Part shown: positions 60,573 through 64,000 of the stretch, one piece after another
How positions within the stretch are numbered: the first letter of the stretch is position 1
Layout of the letters: every line of letters begins with the position of its first letter
Origin: Saprospiraceae bacterium
GTDB lineage: Bacteria > Bacteroidota > Bacteroidia > Chitinophagales > Saprospiraceae
Direction of reading: 5' to 3'
DNA length: 64,000 nucleotides
Assembly: GCA_046153695.1 (NCBI GenBank)
Contig: JBJXEZ010000273.1
Span: 411 to 64,410, forward strand
Position numbers and translations under genes: made by a program
The notes under the pieces: generated by a model
Databases searched by the model: none
The model's input: the letters and a program-made list of their open reading frames with translations, nothing else
What the model was told of the DNA's origin: nothing

Positions 60573-61394
60573 TTATCTCAACCATGTGCCCAGTTTCTTT
60601 TGGTAAATTTCGTATTCCCGCAGGTTGTTGTGCGCTCCGCCCGGTATGGTCACGAACTCGTCGCCGGGCTTCAGGCAAGCTTGCAACCGGGCGGCGCACG
60701 AGTAGGGTACTACCCGATCGGCGGTGCCGTGAAACAACAGCGCAGGCAGTTTGGTTTGGCGCAAGTGGTTGTCGTTTGGAAAAAAAAATGCAGTGCGGAA
60801 CGGCACGTCGGAACGGCGCAAATGAGCCGCCACGAGACCGCGAATGTTGTCGAACGGGGTTTCGAGCACAAGCGAGCGGGCACCCGTGTGGGCGGCCAAA
60901 AAGCAGGCCATGGCGCTGCCGAGCGAGCGCCCGTACAAGACGATGTTGCTGTCGTGGTAATTGGCCAGCAACCAATCGTATACGAGGCGGGCGTCCTCAA
61001 AGTAGGTACGTTCGTCAGGTTCGCCGGTGCTCTTGCCGTACCCCCGGTAGTCGGGCACTACGAAATCATACCCGCGTTTGGTGAAATCCTGGTGCAAGTG
61101 GCCCCAGCGCTGGAGATTGTCCCGGTTTCCATGAAAATACAGGACAACCCCGTGGCTCGGCCCTTGCTCAGCTGCAAAGTGAAGCAGGTTGATCCGGGCA
61201 CCATCGGGCGTGTCCAAAAAAAACTCGTTGAACGGTCGGTCAAACGAAAAACGATAACCCGGCTCTAACTTGGTGGGCCGAAAGAGCGCCTTTTTTTGCA
61301 GGTATTCGGTGAACGGTACGATCAGTGCGGGCACGATGGACGGGGGCGGAAAATTTGTGGTGCGGTAATGTTCAGGGGATTTGCGCTTCGGCAA
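60573..61394 (-). CDS. Alpha/beta hydrolase
   Basis: VVLYFHGN, the nucleophile elbow LYGRSLGSAMA, and the C-terminal GGAHNN are present. The only start candidate at the 5' end of the ORF is TTG at 61394, so the exact start is uncertain. Confidence 0.75.
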   Translation of the reverse strand: MPKRKSPEHYRTTNFPPPSIVPALIVPFTEYLQKKALFRPTKLEPGYRFSFDRPFNEFFLDTPDGARINLLHFAAEQGPSHGVVLYFHGNRDNLQRWGHLHQDFTKRGYDFVVPDYRGYGKSTGEPDERTYFEDARLVYDWLLANYHDSNIVLYGRSLGSAMACFLAAHTGARSLVLETPFDNIRGLVAAHLRRSDVPFRTAFFFPNDNHLRQTKLPALLFHGTADRVVPYSCAARLQACLKPGDEFVTIPGGAHNNLREYEIYQKKLGTWLR

Positions 61395-61737
61395 CGTCAG
61401 GGTTCAGTTTTCGGTTTTGGGCATGGCGTTGGGCATCCCGCTGCCTTTTTTTCACAAGATTTTTTTGGAGGGCATCGGTCAGGTCAACCCCGGTCTGGTT
61501 GGCGAGGCAAATGAGTACGAAAAGAGTATCGGCCATTTCGTCAGCGAGATCTTGCTTGGCTGTGGCCTCGTCAGCGGGGTTTTTGAACGACTGTTCGCCG
61601 TACAGCCGGGCCATGAGGCGGGCTATCTCACCCACTTCCTCCATCAGAATGGCCGTGTTGGTTAATTCCGAAAAATAGCGCACACCCACCGTGCGTATCC
61701 AATCGTCCACATTTTGTTGCGCCTGCTGGATGGTCAT
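61372..61737 (-). CDS. MazG-like nucleotide pyrophosphohydrolase
   Basis: MTIQQAQQNVDDWIRTVGVRYF.ELTN...LMEEVGEIAR......E........LADEMADTLFVLICLANQTGVDL shows the EE..E / E..D metal-binding helices. An alternative start at 61767 would overlap the upstream stop as TGATG. Confidence 0.8.
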   Translation of the reverse strand: MTIQQAQQNVDDWIRTVGVRYFSELTNTAILMEEVGEIARLMARLYGEQSFKNPADEATAKQDLADEMADTLFVLICLANQTGVDLTDALQKNLVKKRQRDAQRHAQNRKLNPDVAEAQIP

Positions 61738-61766
61738 GGCTGAAACGGCTGTTGTATTTGCGAGCA

Positions 61767-62786
61767 TCAGTTTGGAAATGGTTGAGCGCCTTTGTTGAAA
61801 AACGCTGTGTAATCCCGAAAGATTGGCCCGAAAACATGGTGCTGGGTTAGCAGGAAAGCCTCGCCACCGTTCACATCTGTGAAATACCGGATGACAAATT
61901 GTTGGCCGTCGTACTTTTCCTCCAATGACACGGGCCAAAAACGAACCTGCTTGGTCGTGCTATCTGTTTTTGTGAGCGACACGATGGCAAACGGGACGAG
62001 AGCCGTCACCGAGTCGCGGGCGGTGTTGGATGTCTCGTAGGCTTCGGCTACCAGGCGCTCAAACTGTAGCAAATAGGCTTCGGCTGTACCCTTGCGCTGG
62101 GGAACCTTACTCACCGGTGTGGTGCTGTAAAACGGCCGCACTTCGTACTGGGCATCGCCTACTTTTTCAATCTTGAACGAAGCGCTTTTTTGCTGCGGGT
62201 ACTCCACCGAAACAGAGCGGATTTCTTCGACTTTTTCAAAGAAAACTGCGCGGTCGCGCCAATTGTCGTCACCCAGCATGTACCGAATGCGGAGCTGTCC
62301 CACGAACGACGGGATGTGCGTAACATAGGGTTGCTCCGCGCCGTCCATAATCATATAGGTTCCGGTTTCGTCGCTGGTAACTCCGCCGACGTAGTAGCTT
62401 TTGATCAGGTTGTTTTCCTTGCCGTACACCTCCACCTTGATCCCCTCTGCGGCGAGGCTTTTGATCATACCCTCTTCAGCGGATTTGGTGGGTATGTACC
62501 GTACGTTCACGCTGTGCAGGGTTGCCAGCAGCGTCTGCACGGCAGTGGGTCTTGCCCGATAGGTGTTGTTGTACAGCCAGTGGTCGCCTTTGCGGGTGAG
62601 TGTGGCGGTGCGACCCTTTCGGTCGGCCAAAAAAATGCGGGTGACGGAGGCTGTGTCGGGTACGGCAAAATCCATGTCCCACGACACATGACTGCCACCA
62701 GCCTGTTTGTTTTTTTGCCGGACGGTATAAAAAACACCTATGCCGAGGAGAAGGAAAAGAGCAATGAGTAGCCAGGTACGTTTCAT
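61767..62786 (-). CDS. DUF4340-like membrane-anchored protein
   Basis: The N-terminal anchor is MKRTWLLIALFLLLGIGVFY. The pattern SVTRIFLADRKGRTATLTRKGDHWLYNN.YRARPTAVQTLL resembles DUF4340 proteins from memory and was not verified. Confidence 0.5.
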   Translation of the reverse strand: MKRTWLLIALFLLLGIGVFYTVRQKNKQAGGSHVSWDMDFAVPDTASVTRIFLADRKGRTATLTRKGDHWLYNNTYRARPTAVQTLLATLHSVNVRYIPTKSAEEGMIKSLAAEGIKVEVYGKENNLIKSYYVGGVTSDETGTYMIMDGAEQPYVTHIPSFVGQLRIRYMLGDDNWRDRAVFFEKVEEIRSVSVEYPQQKSASFKIEKVGDAQYEVRPFYSTTPVSKVPQRKGTAEAYLLQFERLVAEAYETSNTARDSVTALVPFAIVSLTKTDSTTKQVRFWPVSLEEKYDGQQFVIRYFTDVNGGEAFLLTQHHVFGPIFRDYTAFFNKGAQPFPN

Positions 62787-62844
62787 GAAAGATGCATTGG
62801 CTGGTCGGTTGGGGCGGAGCAAAGGACGGCAAAAATGCGTACGG

Positions 62845-62880
62845 AAACAAAAAGTCTGCTCCGCATTGCGCGGAGCAGAC
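62845..62880 (-). terminator. Rho-independent terminator after htrA
   Basis: An 11-bp perfect stem gtctgctccgc / gcggagcagac with loop attgc is followed on the minus strand by tttttgtttcc. Confidence 0.7.
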
Positions 62881-62938
62881 ACATCAAAACAAAACGAAAA
62901 ACCAACTTTATCTTAAACCGGAGACTTCCGGTTGTTTA

Positions 62939-64000
62939 TCATTCTTCGCCGCGGCTCTTCAGTTTGACCTCTACGTTTTTTTCTTTTCCGTTTCGGACAA
63001 GCGTGAGTGCTACGGTTTCACCGGCTCTGGAACGACCGATAACCTCTTGAAGTTCCGGCACAGTGGAAATGTTTTTGCCATTGATCTTGACGATCACATC
63101 GTCCGGTTGGATGCCCGAACGGGCTGCGGAACCTTCCGGGTCGAGGGCTTTGATCCAGACACCTTGCGCAACGGGGATATTCAGTTCGTTGGCCAGGTTG
63201 TTGTCCATCGTGGCAATATCCACGCCGAGGTAGGCACGCTTGTACTTTCCGTACTTGATGAGGTCGTCGGCGATGCGTTTGGCAAGGTTGACGGGTATGG
63301 CAAACGAGTACCCGGCAAACGTGCCCGTGGGGGTAGCGATGGCTGAATTGATGCCGATGAGGCGGCCATTGATGTCCACTAATGCTCCGCCCGAGTTTCC
63401 GGGGTTGACAGCGGCATCGGTCTGAATAAACGATTCGATGGCGGCTCCCCTGCGGATAATGTTGATATCACGGCTTTTAGCACTGATAATGCCTGCTGTG
63501 ACGGTAGAGGTCAGGTCGAAGGGATTACCCACGGCCAGCACCCATTCGCCAACCCTCACGGCATCGGAGTTGCCCAGATCGATAGCAGGCAGGGCAGAGG
63601 CATCAATTTTGAGCACGGCCATGTCAGTGCTGGGGTCGGCACCTATCAGGCGGGCTTTGAATTCGCGGTTATCATGCAGGGTGACAGTATACTCGTCGGC
63701 ATTTTCCACGACGTGGTTATTGGTCAGGATATAGCCGTCAGTGGTGTAAATTACACCGGAACCGGTGCCTGCACGCGGCTGTGAGTAGTCGTCCAAGTTG
63801 AAAAAGTCGTCGCCAAAGAAAAAGCGGAAGGGATTTGTCTGGCGCTGACGTTGAATGGCATTTTGACGGCTTTCAGCGGCTTTGATATGGACGACCGTTT
63901 CCATGGTCTTTTCGGCAGCACGGGTAAAATCAACTCCGGCGGGGCCGCCGCCGTATTCATACTTCACCTGTTGGGCCTGCAATTGATCAGGGGTTTGCGC
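62939..64000 (-). CDS. htrA: HtrA/DegP-family serine endoprotease with PDZ domain; the 5' end lies beyond the window
   Basis: The catalytic triad contexts are TNNHVV, TDMAVLKI and GNSGGALV. The C-terminal PDZ includes GIQPDDVIVKINGKNI. The frame stays open upstream of the listed TTG at 63982 to the window edge. Confidence 0.9.
   Translation of the reverse strand, partial: AQTPDQLQAQQVKYEYGGGPAGVDFTRAAEKTMETVVHIKAAESRQNAIQRQRQTNPFRFFFGDDFFNLDDYSQPRAGTGSGVIYTTDGYILTNNHVVENADEYTVTLHDNREFKARLIGADPSTDMAVLKIDASALPAIDLGNSDAVRVGEWVLAVGNPFDLTSTVTAGIISAKSRDINIIRRGAAIESFIQTDAAVNPGNSGGALVDINGRLIGINSAIATPTGTFAGYSFAIPVNLAKRIADDLIKYGKYKRAYLGVDIATMDNNLANELNIPVAQGVWIKALDPEGSAARSGIQPDDVIVKINGKNISTVPELQEVIGRSRAGETVALTLVRNGKEKNVEVKLKSRGEE

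Noticed and set aside
61372-61394. A 23-nt overlap between the alpha/beta hydrolase 5' end and the MazG-like 3' end, considered as a programmed overlap or frameshift.
   Set aside because: The hydrolase start is only a TTG at the edge of the ORF and its true start is probably further downstream, so the overlap is likely an annotation artefact.

Overview
This 64-kb chromosomal window comes from a Bacteroidota genome. The phylum call rests on T9SS C-terminal sorting domains, gldH, giant SprB/HYR-type adhesins, and TAnnTTTG -7 promoter boxes 13-60 nt upstream of many start codons. A Saprospiria/Cytophagia-like lineage is only an inference. Most of the window is housekeeping: lepA, ruvA, glgC, glgB, lpxD, purC, xseA, rimP-nusA, iscS-iscU-iscA, dnaJ-grpE, tsaB, mnmA and htrA. 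I saw no rRNA, tRNA or CRISPR array. The non-core content is as follows. (1) A small accessory islet between lepA and ruvA holds a tripartite HipB-HipS-HipT toxin-antitoxin operon, a decayed 3' fragment of a second hipT/hipA, a 17-bp hairpin, an LRR gene fragment and an Rpn/PD-(D/E)XK transposase-like gene. (2) Two sigma-factor neighbourhoods have unusual partners. One pairs an ECF-like sigma and a single-pass membrane protein with a convergent secreted TPR-CHAT protease. The other is a tandem duplication of ECF sigma plus a TM-anchored, proline-rich protein ending in an outer-membrane beta-barrel-like domain, followed by an orphan lipoprotein. (3) There are several families of small palindromic repeats. 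One MITE/REP-like family has a long and a short copy. A perfect 34-bp inverted repeat sits just upstream of a 1602-aa adhesin gene, and a CACAGAG-rich inverted repeat sits just downstream of it. A GC-rich palindromic element appears to lie in-frame inside protein-coding genes, twice in an SF1 helicase and again, tandemly amplified, in one sigma-partner gene. All calls come from reading the translated ORFs and the DNA by eye; no searches were run.
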